Made by a program: the position numbers and the translations under genes. Under the pieces are notes generated by a model. The model was given only the letters and a program-made list of their open reading frames with translations. It searched no databases and was not told the origin of the DNA. Positions 48,353-57,967 of a stretch of 64,000 nt of DNA are shown piece after piece; the stretch's first letter is position 1, and each line of letters starts with the position of its first letter. The stretch lies in assembly GCA_965208575.1 (NCBI GenBank), contig CBDBOV010000003.1, forward strand, positions 160,001 to 224,000, read 5' to 3'. The DNA is from Spirochaetia bacterium. Lineage in GTDB: Bacteria > Spirochaetota > Spirochaetia > SZUA-6 > Bin103.

Positions 48353-49278
48353 GAACGGTGGAGCAGGCGGGCCGTGCGCTGCCGCGCCGCGGCGGCAGGA
48401 TCAGGGAGTCGCGGGTCGATCGCGTGTTCCTGACGGTCATCGTGATCTTCCTCGCCTTCGTGCTGATCTCGGTGCTGTACCCGCTCATCTTCATCGTCAG
48501 CTCGTCGTTCAGCTCCACCAGCGCGGTGATCGGCGGCCAGGTGTGGCTGCTGCCGGTGGAACCGTCGGTGCTCGGCTACCAGGCGGTGTTCGAGCACCGC
48601 TCGGTGATGATCGGCTACGTCAACAGCGCCATCTACACGTTCTTCGGCACCATCATCAACGTGGTGCTGACGGTGTGCATCGCGTTCCCGCTGTCGCGCT
48701 CCGATTTCTTCGGGCGCAACTTCCTGATGATGAGCCTGGTGTTCACGATGCTGTTCAGCGGCGGGCTGATTCCGCTCTACCTGGTGGTGCTCAAGCTCGG
48801 GCTGATGAACACGCGCTGGGCGATGCTGCTGCCGGAGGCGCTGGTGGTGTGGTTCGTGATCATCGCGCGCACCTACTTCCAGACTTCGATTCCCGACGAG
48901 CTGGCGGAGGCGGCGTCGATCGACGGCTGCCGCGACACCTACTTCGTGTGGGCGGTGGTGCTGCCGCTGTCGAAGCCGATCGTCGCGGTGCTGACACTGA
49001 TGTACGCGGTCGCGCACTGGAACCGCTACTTCCACGCGCTGATGTTCCTGAGCAGCGAGCGGCTGTACCCGCTGCAGATCGTGCTGCGCAACATTCTCAT
49101 TCTGAACCAGACCCAGGAAATGGCGGTCGAGGTGAGCGAGGAGCTGATGCGCCAGGGGCTCGCCGACCTGATGAAGTTCTCTCTCATCGTGGTGGCGAGC
49201 GCCCCGGTGCTGGCGCTGTATCCGTTCGTGCAGCGCTATTTCATCAAAGGGATAATGATCGGTTCTCTGAAGGGCTGA
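48346..49278 (+). CDS. Carbohydrate ABC permease (LplC type)
   Basis: FSGGLIP.Y, ELAEAASIDG, YPFVQRYFIKG..IGSLKG. Confidence 0.93.
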   Translation: MVGTVEQAGRALPRRGGRIRESRVDRVFLTVIVIFLAFVLISVLYPLIFIVSSSFSSTSAVIGGQVWLLPVEPSVLGYQAVFEHRSVMIGYVNSAIYTFFGTIINVVLTVCIAFPLSRSDFFGRNFLMMSLVFTMLFSGGLIPLYLVVLKLGLMNTRWAMLLPEALVVWFVIIARTYFQTSIPDELAEAASIDGCRDTYFVWAVVLPLSKPIVAVLTLMYAVAHWNRYFHALMFLSSERLYPLQIVLRNILILNQTQEMAVEVSEELMRQGLADLMKFSLIVVASAPVLALYPFVQRYFIKGIMIGSLKG

Positions 49279-49357
49279 TGTGCGCCTGGCGGCGGGCATC
49301 AGGGGCTTACGGGCATCGTGCCGAATGGCCGGTGCAAACACACCAGGAGGTAGCACG

Positions 49358-50983
49358 ATGAAAAGGATTTCGTGCATTGCGTTGACGTTGTTCCTTGTCG
49401 CGGCCGCGTATGCGGCGGCCGGCGCGGAAGGAGAGGCCGGGGCCGCCGGGGAGGCCGGGGACGGGCCGCTGGTCTTGAGCATGTTCATTACGCTTGGAGA
49501 GCGGCAGCAGTCGATGGCTCCCGGCGAGAACAGGTACACGGACTACCTGCAGGAGAAGTTCAACGTCAGCTTCGACCTGACCGTGGTGCCGGGCGAAGCG
49601 CGCCTGGAGAAGCAGAACCTGCTGCTCGCGAGCGGTACCTATCCCGACATCTTCTTCGACGGGCAGTTCAGTCCCGCCGACCAGATGAAATACGGCGGCC
49701 AGGGGGTGCTGATTCCGCTCAACGACCTGATCGCCAACCACGGGCCGGACATCGAGAAGGCGTGGGAGATTCTGCCGGTGCTGGAGAAGTGGATGGTGAC
49801 GCCGGACGGCAACATCTACAGCATTCCGGCGGTGGAGGAGTGCTACCACTGCAGCGTGAACCAGAAGCACTGGATCAACACCACCTGGCTGGAGGGGCTC
49901 GGCCTGGACATGCCCGGCACCACCGCCGAGTACGAGGCGGTGCTGACGGCGTTCCGGGATAACGATCCCAACGGCAACGGCAAGCAGGACGAGATTCCGC
50001 TGACCGGCGCGGTCAACACCTGGTCCGCCGACGTGCAGGATTTCCTGATGTCGGCGTTCATCTACACCGACGGGCAGCGCTTTCTGACCGCCGACAACGG
50101 CACCATCATCTTCACGCCCGACAAGCCCCAGTGGCGCGACGGCCTGCGCTGGATCAACCGCCTGTACACCAGCGGCCTGATCGACAGCGAGGCGTTCACC
50201 AACTCGCGGGATACCCTGCGCGCACTGGCCAACCGGCCGGACGACCTGATCGTGGGCGCCTACGCCGCCGGCCACGCCCTGATGGGGGCGCAGGAGGAAG
50301 GCATCTGGCAGCAGTACCGCGTGGTGCCGCCGCTGCTCGGCCCGGACGGCGTGCAGTTGACCGCCTACCGGCCCTACATGCCCAACTTCGGGCGCTTCGC
50401 GATTACCAACAAGGCGAGCGAAGCGGTGCAGCAGCGCGCCATGGAGCTGGCCAACTGGTTCTACACGACGCAGGGCACCCTGGAGATGGGCGCCGGCATC
50501 GGCGGTCCGGAGTCGGAAGGCTTCTACTGGGACTGGGCCGGCCCGGACGACATGGGCCTGAACGGCGAGCCCGCCATCTACCTCAAGCTGCCGCCGCCGC
50601 CGATGAGCGAGGTGACCAACTACAAGTGGCACACCGAGTTCCGGTTCTGGCACAAGGAGCTGTTCAACGGCTGGGCGGCCAGCCAGGACATCATGACGCG
50701 CGACGGCTACGAGCGCTTTCTGGTGGTGGAGTCGGACAAGTACATCGACCACGTGCCCGCCGAGGTGGTGCCGGGGTCGATGTACTTCGCCGGGGAGGAC
50801 GCACAACTGACCGCGCAGTTGCAGGTGGAGATCCAGAACTACGTGGAGGAGAACACGGTGGCGTTCATCACCGGCCAGCACGACCTCGACACCGAGTGGG
50901 ATTCCTACGTGCAGGGCTTCGAAGGCCTGCGCCTGGCCCGCTACCTGGAGGTGATGCAGAAGACCTACGACGACTTCCAGTAG
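49358..50983 (+). CDS. Extracellular solute-binding protein (LplA type)
   Basis: AGGAGG RBS, signal peptide, DPNGNGKQDEIP. Confidence 0.93.
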   Translation: MKRISCIALTLFLVAAAYAAAGAEGEAGAAGEAGDGPLVLSMFITLGERQQSMAPGENRYTDYLQEKFNVSFDLTVVPGEARLEKQNLLLASGTYPDIFFDGQFSPADQMKYGGQGVLIPLNDLIANHGPDIEKAWEILPVLEKWMVTPDGNIYSIPAVEECYHCSVNQKHWINTTWLEGLGLDMPGTTAEYEAVLTAFRDNDPNGNGKQDEIPLTGAVNTWSADVQDFLMSAFIYTDGQRFLTADNGTIIFTPDKPQWRDGLRWINRLYTSGLIDSEAFTNSRDTLRALANRPDDLIVGAYAAGHALMGAQEEGIWQQYRVVPPLLGPDGVQLTAYRPYMPNFGRFAITNKASEAVQQRAMELANWFYTTQGTLEMGAGIGGPESEGFYWDWAGPDDMGLNGEPAIYLKLPPPPMSEVTNYKWHTEFRFWHKELFNGWAASQDIMTRDGYERFLVVESDKYIDHVPAEVVPGSMYFAGEDAQLTAQLQVEIQNYVEENTVAFITGQHDLDTEWDSYVQGFEGLRLARYLEVMQKTYDDFQ

Positions 50984-51040
50984 TCGTTTCGGTTCAGTCG
51001 GGTGGCGTCCGGAGGCATACGCTTCCGGCCCACCCTGCGT

Positions 51041-51235
51041 TCACGGCTGCAGCGCCTGCTCGACTGCTTCAGGATGCTCGGTAGCGACCTTCAGCAGGGC
51101 TCAAGCCGGTCCATTGGGACGCCTCCGCCCTTGCTCCCAATTCCGAAGCGTCGCTACGCTCACTCCGATCATGAGGGCGAACTCGGTTTGCGAGCGCCGG
51201 AGCCTCTCCCCGTACCGCCTTGACGTGCGCGGCGG
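51041..51235 (-). pseudogene. Degraded XRE/NadS-like HTH antitoxin
   Basis: HVKAVR then +1 frameshift, ERLRRSQTEFALMIGVSVATLRNWEQGRRRPNGPA, in-frame TGA at 51103-51101, then ALLKVATEHPEAVEQALQP. Confidence 0.8.
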
Positions 51236-51317
51236 GTGCCCATAGCGTGGTCGACAAGATAGGAGTGATACATGGCGACACCAACCGGCGCGCGAACGGT
51301 TTTGCCCGGCGCCCGCG

Positions 51318-52634
51318 ATGACCGCCTCCCGAGGCTCCCCGCCCGTGAGTGAACAGGCGACCGTGCCTGCGGCGCGCACGTTCGAGTTCCCGCCGCTCGA
51401 CGAGGTTCGACGGAACCTGCGGGTAAGGTGGTATCGCTCGCCGATCGACCCGTCGACGCTGCGCCGGCTGATGCGGCGCAGCGACCTGCGGGGGGCGCTG
51501 CAGGCGTTGGGCCATCTCGGCCTGTTCGCCGCTACCGGCATCCTCACCGCCTGGTTCTTCACGCGGGCGATGTGGCTGCCATTTGCCCTGGCGTTATGGT
51601 GCCACGGCACCTTCGGCACGTTCATGTACATAGCCGGTCACGATCTCGGCCACGGCACCGTGTTTCGCACCAGGTGGCTGAATCGTTTCTTCCAGTGCAT
51701 CTTCGGCGTGCTGTCGTTCTGGAACCCGCACGAGCACGACCTGAGCCACATCTACCATCATCGCTACACCCTCTATCCGGAGGGCGACCGCGAACTGCCC
51801 GGCCAGTACTACGATACCGGCGCTGTGGTGCACCCCTGGCTGCTGAACATCACGCCGTGGTGGGCGATCCAGGAGTTGACCTTCAGCTTCGCCAGCCTGC
51901 GCCACCTGACGCTTTCCACGCTGCGCTTGGCCACGCGCCGTTACCGGATGAAGTTCACCGGCATCTTCGCCAGCGAGTGGGCCGCCGCCCTGTTCGCGAC
52001 CAGCCCGGAGATCGAACGCAAGGCGGTGCGCTTCGCCCGGCTCACCATCGCCTTTCACCTTGCCGCGCTGCTGATCGGCGCAGTGCTGAGCGCGTGGTGG
52101 CTGCCGATCGTCCTGACCGGCTCGGTGTTCGTCGGGCGCTGGCTGTTCACGCTGATCGTGATTCCGCAGCACTTCGGACTGATGGACAGCGTCCCCGACT
52201 TCCGGATGACGACCCGCTCCATCAAGCTGAACCCGTTCACCTCGTTCCTGTACTGGCGCATGAACTGGCATGCCGAGCACCACATGTACGCCGGCGTGCC
52301 GTGCTACCACCTCAAGGAGCTGGCCCGGGAGATCGCACCCGACATGCCGCGGCTGCGCACCTTGTGGCAGGCGTGGGCGGAGATGATCGAAAGCGTGCGA
52401 CGCCAGCGGCACGACCCGAGCTACCAGTACCGGACGCCGCTGCCGGCCAGCGCCCATCCGGCGGTGCTGCGCGAGGACGAGGTCGTGCTGCCGGAGGGCG
52501 AGCGGCTCGCCGCCGAGGCCTCCATCGGCGACCTGGAGCACCTGCAGCCCGTGGTGGAACCCGGCGTCGCACCGAGAGCGGCGAGGCGCCCGGCTGGCAA
52601 GGCGCGACGAGCGAGCATATCAGGGCATAGGTGA
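51318..52634 (+). CDS. Fatty acid desaturase-family di-iron enzyme (MocD-like)
   Basis: His boxes HDLGH, HIYHH, HAEHH. N-terminal WYRSPI...LMRRSD. Confidence 0.88.
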   Translation: MTASRGSPPVSEQATVPAARTFEFPPLDEVRRNLRVRWYRSPIDPSTLRRLMRRSDLRGALQALGHLGLFAATGILTAWFFTRAMWLPFALALWCHGTFGTFMYIAGHDLGHGTVFRTRWLNRFFQCIFGVLSFWNPHEHDLSHIYHHRYTLYPEGDRELPGQYYDTGAVVHPWLLNITPWWAIQELTFSFASLRHLTLSTLRLATRRYRMKFTGIFASEWAAALFATSPEIERKAVRFARLTIAFHLAALLIGAVLSAWWLPIVLTGSVFVGRWLFTLIVIPQHFGLMDSVPDFRMTTRSIKLNPFTSFLYWRMNWHAEHHMYAGVPCYHLKELAREIAPDMPRLRTLWQAWAEMIESVRRQRHDPSYQYRTPLPASAHPAVLREDEVVLPEGERLAAEASIGDLEHLQPVVEPGVAPRAARRPAGKARRASISGHR

Positions 52635-52697
52635 GCGAGGAGCAACGCAGCCAGACGGGATGCACCGCCGCTCGAATGCAGCCGGTGTTTCACCAGG

Positions 52698-52935
52698 GGC
52701 TGCTATAGGAAATAGTCGGCAGCCGAAGTTGACGCTCCCGAGCCAGAGGGTCGCGCCGAAGACGCGCCTCCGGAGTTGCCAAGTCGCTCCCAGCCCCCGA
52801 CGTCCCTGTCGCGGGCCGGGAGCTACATGCCACCTGGGCGCCAGGGATGGCGCCACGGGTGGAGGTCAGGGCGGCATCGTGCGTGACACCGCGGGGGCTC
52901 GCCGTCGGCATCAACGATCTACGGCTATAGCGGCC
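52698..52935. mobile_element. Possible MITE (~238 bp)
   Basis: GGCTGCTATAG (52698) and CTATAGCGGCC (52925-52935) form a 10/11 inverted repeat around non-coding DNA. Confidence 0.35.
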
Positions 52936-53083
52936 GCGGTGCCGAAGCGAAAGGTGCCGGCGCCGGGGTGATCGAGCGCGAAGACATCTGGGGCCGACCC
53001 TCGCACCTCGCCTTGCTGACTGGGCTGGACGGCCGCCCGGGCGCAGGCGCGTGCACACTTGCGCTGCCGCAGGCGGGCCTTCC

Positions 53084-53959
53084 TTAGACCGATCTGGCGG
53101 CAGCGGCACCCAGCCGCCCGCCACCGCCCCGCAACCGCGGGTCGAGCAGATCCCGCACCGCATCGCCGAACATGTTCAGGCAGTACACGACGATCGTCAG
53201 GCAAAGCCCCGGCCACAGCGCCAGGCGCGGCGCCACCTCCATGAACTCACGCCCTTCACGGCTGAGCATCCCTCCCCAGCTGGGCACCGAGATCGGCAGA
53301 CCGAATCCCAGGAAGCTCAGCGCAGCCTCGCTGATGATCACCGCCCCGACGTTGATGGTGAACACGATGATGATCGGAGCGCCGATATTGGGCAGGACGT
53401 GGCGGATGAGGGTGCGCCACCTGGTGCTGCCGATCGCCTCTGCCGCCTGGAAGTAGACATTCTCCTTTACCCCGATAACCGCGCCGCGGATTACGCGCGA
53501 GCCGCCGATGCCACCGGTGACGCCCAGCACCACGATGATCTGCAGCAGACCCCGCCCCACCAACGACATGATGGTGAGCAACAGCAGCAGCCCCGGAAAC
53601 GCCATCCAGGCGTCGACGAATCTCTGCACCGCCAGGTCCAGTCTACCGCCGAAGAATCCTGATGTTCCGCCTATCAGCACCGCCACCACTACGTTGACCG
53701 TGGTCGCCGCCAGGCCGACGGTCAGTGAGATCTGAGCCCCGAAGACAAGGCGGCTCAGCAGGTCGCGCCCCAACTGGTCGGTCCCCAACAGATACCGGTC
53801 GGAGGGGGCCTGCATCCGGTCTACGATGTTGACTTCATCATGCGGAAAGGGCGCCAGAATATCGGCAAAGATCGCCACAAGAATCAACAGCAGGATGACG
53901 ACCCCGGCGATGATGCTCAGTGGCTTCTCCTTGACCAGCCTGCGCAAGAAATCAGTCAT
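53084..53959 (-). CDS. ABC permease (DppC/OppC type)
   Basis: LGTDQLGRD, EAALSFLG, GDAVRDLLDP. Confidence 0.93.
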   Translation of the reverse strand: MTDFLRRLVKEKPLSIIAGVVILLLILVAIFADILAPFPHDEVNIVDRMQAPSDRYLLGTDQLGRDLLSRLVFGAQISLTVGLAATTVNVVVAVLIGGTSGFFGGRLDLAVQRFVDAWMAFPGLLLLLTIMSLVGRGLLQIIVVLGVTGGIGGSRVIRGAVIGVKENVYFQAAEAIGSTRWRTLIRHVLPNIGAPIIIVFTINVGAVIISEAALSFLGFGLPISVPSWGGMLSREGREFMEVAPRLALWPGLCLTIVVYCLNMFGDAVRDLLDPRLRGGGGRLGAAAARSV

Positions 53960-54297
53960 AGCGCTCCCTGGCATCGATGACGACCCCAACGATGATGCTC
54001 AACGGCTTGTCCCTGACCAGTCTGCGAAACAACTCAGTCATAGCGGACCCTGGCATCGATGACGACCCCAACGATGATGCTCAACGGCTTGTCCCTGACC
54101 AGTCTGTGAAACAACTCAGTCATAGCGGACCCTGGCATCGATGACGACCCCAACGATGATGCTCAACGGCTTGTCCCTGACCAGTCTGCGAAACAACTCA
54201 GTCATAGCGGACCCTGGCATCGATGACGACCCCAACGATGATGCTCAACGGCTTGTCCTTGACCAGTCTGCGAAAAAACTCAGTCATAGCGGACCCT
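53894..54297 (-). repeat. 82-bp tandem array of a permease gene junction
   Basis: tcagtcatagcg recurs at 53952, 54034, 54116, 54198 and 54280. Four near-identical units plus the diverged real dppC start. Confidence 0.97.
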
Positions 54298-55233
54298 CGG
54301 GTCCAAGAGCGCGTAGATCAGGTCGATGAGCAGATTGATCCCCACCACCCCAGTGGCGAAGAACAGGTTGATGCCGGAGACCATCGGGTAGTCTCTGTCG
54401 TTGAGGGCATTCAGCAGGAGGCGCCCGAGCCCCGGCAGGTTGAAGATGTTCTCCATGATCACGGCGCCCCCGACCAGGATCGGCAACTGCAGGCCGATCA
54501 GCGACACCACCGGGATGAGTGCGTTCTTGACGGCGTGTCGGATCACCACGGTCCGCTCCCGCAAGCCCTTCGCCCAGGCCGTCCTGACAAAATCCTGCCG
54601 GAGCACCTCCAGCATCATGGTGCGCGTCATCCGCATGGTGGCGGCTGCCGAGGCCGTCCCCAGAATCAGGCTGGGAATGATGAACACCGCCAGATTCCCC
54701 AGCGGGTCTTCGGTGAAAGAAACCAGCTCCAGCGGCGGCGCCCAGCCCCACCAGATTGCCGGGAAGATCATGACCATAATTCCCAGCCAGAAGTTCGGCG
54801 TGGCCAGGCCGATGATGGCGACCGAGCGCCCCACGAAGTCGGCGGCCGTATCCTGGCGAATCGCCGAGTAGATACCGACCGGCAGCGCGATCACCAGCCC
54901 GATGAGGATTGCCATCAAACCAAGCTCAATGGTTACCGGCAGTCTCTCTATTATCCTCTCCTTCACCGCCCCACGGCCCATCAGTGATTCGCCAAGGGTG
55001 CCGTGCAGGAAAATGCCTCCTATCCAGCGTCCATACTGCACGTAGACAGGCACGTCTAATCCCAGCCGACGCTCAACGGCTTCACGGTCAATCTCCCCGT
55101 ACCATTCCATCTTGCCTTGTATTACGTCTACTACATCTCCGGGGATGAAGCGGAGCGAGAGAAAGACCAGGATGCTCAAGATGACTAGCGTGGGCAGGAT
55201 CAGCAATAGCCGCCTGAGGATATACGCTCTCAC
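54280..55233 (-). CDS. ABC permease (DppB/OppB type)
   Basis: RAYILRRLL, RTAWAKGL, RDYPMV, DPRVRY. Confidence 0.93.
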   Translation of the reverse strand: MRAYILRRLLLILPTLVILSILVFLSLRFIPGDVVDVIQGKMEWYGEIDREAVERRLGLDVPVYVQYGRWIGGIFLHGTLGESLMGRGAVKERIIERLPVTIELGLMAILIGLVIALPVGIYSAIRQDTAADFVGRSVAIIGLATPNFWLGIMVMIFPAIWWGWAPPLELVSFTEDPLGNLAVFIIPSLILGTASAAATMRMTRTMMLEVLRQDFVRTAWAKGLRERTVVIRHAVKNALIPVVSLIGLQLPILVGGAVIMENIFNLPGLGRLLLNALNDRDYPMVSGINLFFATGVVGINLLIDLIYALLDPRVRYD

Positions 55234-55332
55234 CGAGACTCCTTTCGATGAGCGAGGGGCCGGGAAGACGGCGCTCGGAGCGCAACCCCCAGCCCCCCCC
55301 TCTTTTGCGTGGCCAGTAGGGATTCGCTCCCT

Positions 55333-57132
55333 CTAGCGACCCATTGCTTCCTTCAGGTCCTGGTCAATCCAGACGCGGGTGAAGACGGTGTTGACTTGAC
55401 CGACTCCCAAATTCCCTTCACCGTTGTAACCGATGACCCACGGTTGGAACGCGTTGTACTGTGGGGCCATGCCACCCCATATCGTCCAGAACTTCTCTAT
55501 CGCGTACTGATCCAATTCTCCAGCTATCCTGTTCTGCTCCTCTATGGTAGTAGCGGCTAGGCCGGCTTCATACTTGGCTGTATAGACCGGGTCGTTGACA
55601 TTGGAGCTGTTGTGTCCTACGGCCGGTGTAAAGCGAGCCCCCAGTGCAAGTGGGTACCACCTATTGGCCCCTTCCGCGAATATCATTTCGAAATCCCTTT
55701 CACTTCTTCTAGGGGCAACGACAGCTCCCGGGTGGGGGCCGTCAATCTCCACATCAATGCCAATCTTATTCCAGTATGAAACGAGTAATTCTACATAGTT
55801 CAAATCGTACACCTCGTAGGCCAGATACTCGGTTTTAAATCTAATGCCGTTGGCGCCGCGAGGATACCCGGCCTCATCAAGCAACGCCTCGGCACCTTCC
55901 GGGTCGTAGTCAAAGACCTTCTTCACATCTTCTGGCCACTCTTCGAATTGGGTGACACTCGCTGTAAAAGAACGGTTTATCTGCCCCTGAGGTATCATCT
56001 GGGCGTTACCCTTATAGTAAGCGTTGTTGATTTCCTCGAGGTTTAGTGCCATCTGCATTGCCTTGCGCACCCTGATGTCGTCAAAGGGCTTCAATTGGAC
56101 GTTCATACCAGTACCATTATCCGAATCCAAGGAAAACGGCCATATCACGAGTTCGGGGTTGGTCCGCTGGAGGCTCTCTACCTGGTCGATAGTCCTCATT
56201 TGAGCTGCTCCGATCACACCTATGTAATCAACCTGACCCGTGCGCAGTGCTGCCAACTGTGTTGCCACCTCGGGCATAGTCAGGGCCCTTAACCGGTCAA
56301 TATAGGGCAGGCGGTTCTCCGGGTATTTTTCGTCGTAGCCCCAGTAGTCAGGATTCTTGTCCCAGGTGATGGAGCTACCCTCGGTCCAGTCGGTCAGCAT
56401 CATGGGTCCGGTGCCGACCAGGTTCCTCCAATCCGTAGCGTCCCCGTGTTCCTTGATTACCTCGGGGGGGTATATCCAAGCAACTAGGCCGTCGAGGATA
56501 GCCGTCAGCGCAGCGAGGTTTAGCTCCTCAAGCTTAAAAACAACCGTCCATTTGTCGGTGGCCGTTATCGATTCAATTTCGATACCATTCCAGCTAGTAG
56601 CATGTTCGCTACGTTCGGTGAAACCGCTACCCGTACCCGTAATACGGTGATAGTTATATACGATATCGTCGGCAGTCAGCTCCCGACCGTTCATCGGCGG
56701 CTTATCATGCCAGTGAACGCCTTGGCGGACGTTGACGATATACGTCAGTGGGTCGGGCTGCGACCAGCTTTCCGCCAACTGCCCTATCGTGTAAGTTGGA
56801 GGGCTGTGAAAATGGAAGTCATATTTGTCCCTGGGCGTTGCCCAGTCCACCATGCCCAGCTTCTCTAAAACGCCAGCGAAGTAGGCATTTGCCCACCAAC
56901 CACTGAGTACGGCGTCAGGACCCGCCGGCTCGTCTTTTAGGGCGAAGGTTATTGTCCCGCCGTACTGTGGCGCCACCACCACCTTGCCGGTGGAGGGGTC
57001 GGTCACATACTTCTTGTCGGCAGCGACTGCCGGCCCCTCTTCTCCGGCCGGGCTCGCCCATACGCCGGTAGCGGCCAAGCTGAGAACCAACACGACCGCG
57101 AAGGAAGTTCTAGTGCTTGCGATGATATTCAT
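55333..57132 (-). CDS. ABC transporter solute-binding protein, family 5 (low GC)
   Basis: Signal peptide, PQYGG, GRELTADD, GTGP, PFDDIRVRKAM. GGAG RBS. Confidence 0.93.
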   Translation of the reverse strand: MNIIASTRTSFAVVLVLSLAATGVWASPAGEEGPAVAADKKYVTDPSTGKVVVAPQYGGTITFALKDEPAGPDAVLSGWWANAYFAGVLEKLGMVDWATPRDKYDFHFHSPPTYTIGQLAESWSQPDPLTYIVNVRQGVHWHDKPPMNGRELTADDIVYNYHRITGTGSGFTERSEHATSWNGIEIESITATDKWTVVFKLEELNLAALTAILDGLVAWIYPPEVIKEHGDATDWRNLVGTGPMMLTDWTEGSSITWDKNPDYWGYDEKYPENRLPYIDRLRALTMPEVATQLAALRTGQVDYIGVIGAAQMRTIDQVESLQRTNPELVIWPFSLDSDNGTGMNVQLKPFDDIRVRKAMQMALNLEEINNAYYKGNAQMIPQGQINRSFTASVTQFEEWPEDVKKVFDYDPEGAEALLDEAGYPRGANGIRFKTEYLAYEVYDLNYVELLVSYWNKIGIDVEIDGPHPGAVVAPRRSERDFEMIFAEGANRWYPLALGARFTPAVGHNSSNVNDPVYTAKYEAGLAATTIEEQNRIAGELDQYAIEKFWTIWGGMAPQYNAFQPWVIGYNGEGNLGVGQVNTVFTRVWIDQDLKEAMGR

Positions 57133-57320
57133 GGTTTCTCCATCATTAAGTGTTTGAGCGTATTGCGGAGCGCCGAAGCTGCTCCCTGGCTGCGCTCTCG
57201 CCCGCAACGCGGGTGCCCAGACAGAGTCGGATCTAGTCAGATCATTGAATCGCGCGGCGTGTGACTCATTCGGGATAACCCCGGCTCACGCCGCGCGTCT
57301 ACGGTTCTTTGAGTGTCACG

Positions 57321-57620
57321 TTGCGCCTCCTGTGTGCCGGCAAACGGCAAACGGTAGGGTGCCGTGAATGAAAGAGTCACACGTGGAAGGGCTGGCGACC
57401 CACGGCGGCCCCGAGTCATGCGCCGTCGCTCGCAAGAGCGGGGGTCTAGCAGACCCGAGCAAATACGGAAACGCTTCGCACGGGAACCGGGAGACTCCAG
57501 CTTCGCCTGTGGTGGACGGCACGGCAGGCCGTGCCGGGAAGTCCATGGACGTGTCGACACCCGCATCGTGCCGCCACGCCGGGGGTGGTCGGCGGAGCGA
57601 CGGGCGTGATTGACCGGCGG
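57321..57620 (+). mobile_element. Truncated group II intron (5' end/domain I fragments, no RT ORF)
   Basis: TTGCGCC..TGTGTGCCGGCAAACGGCAAACGGTAGGGTGCCGTGAATGAAAGAGTC..GGCCCCGAGTCATGCG and GCACGGGAACCGGGAGA resemble bacterial group II intron 5' regions (from recall). The 3' boundary is approximate. Confidence 0.72.
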
Positions 57621-57967
57621 CGCCGCCGGTGGTCATGGCCGCGGTCAGTCGCGGCCGGGCTCCGGCACGGGTGCGATCGCCGGGGAGCGTGCGGGCAACC
57701 TGCATGCCGGTTTGGCGATGGACCGAGCCGGAGCCACCGAGAGTTGCGGCGGTGGTAGAGGCGACGGCGTGCGCGGGGGCGCGTAAGCCGCGATCAGCCG
57801 GAGCGGTTAATGTATTCGTGTATAACGAGTTAGATGTGTGGTGGTGGTGGGGGGGGGGCGTCACCAGCCGCCCACCGCGCTGACCGTCGTCATGGCGATC
57901 CATCGCATCCATCTGATCCAATCAGAGCACGCTCGCCTGACCATGTCAAGCGCGCGAACTACAGAGT

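Noticed and set aside
51101-51103. Selenocysteine or programmed readthrough at the in-frame TGA
   Set aside because: The gene also has a frameshift and no clear start. A CGA-to-TGA nonsense change in a pseudogene is simpler.
53894-54297. CRISPR array or DGR template/variable repeat
   Set aside because: No spacers. The unit derives from a permease junction, differences are not adenine-specific, and there is no reverse transcriptase.
57685-57713. Group II intron domain V
   Set aside because: gagcgtgcgggcaacctgcatgccggttt is only loosely similar, with a shortened lower stem and no clear domain VI. It may be a plain GC hairpin.
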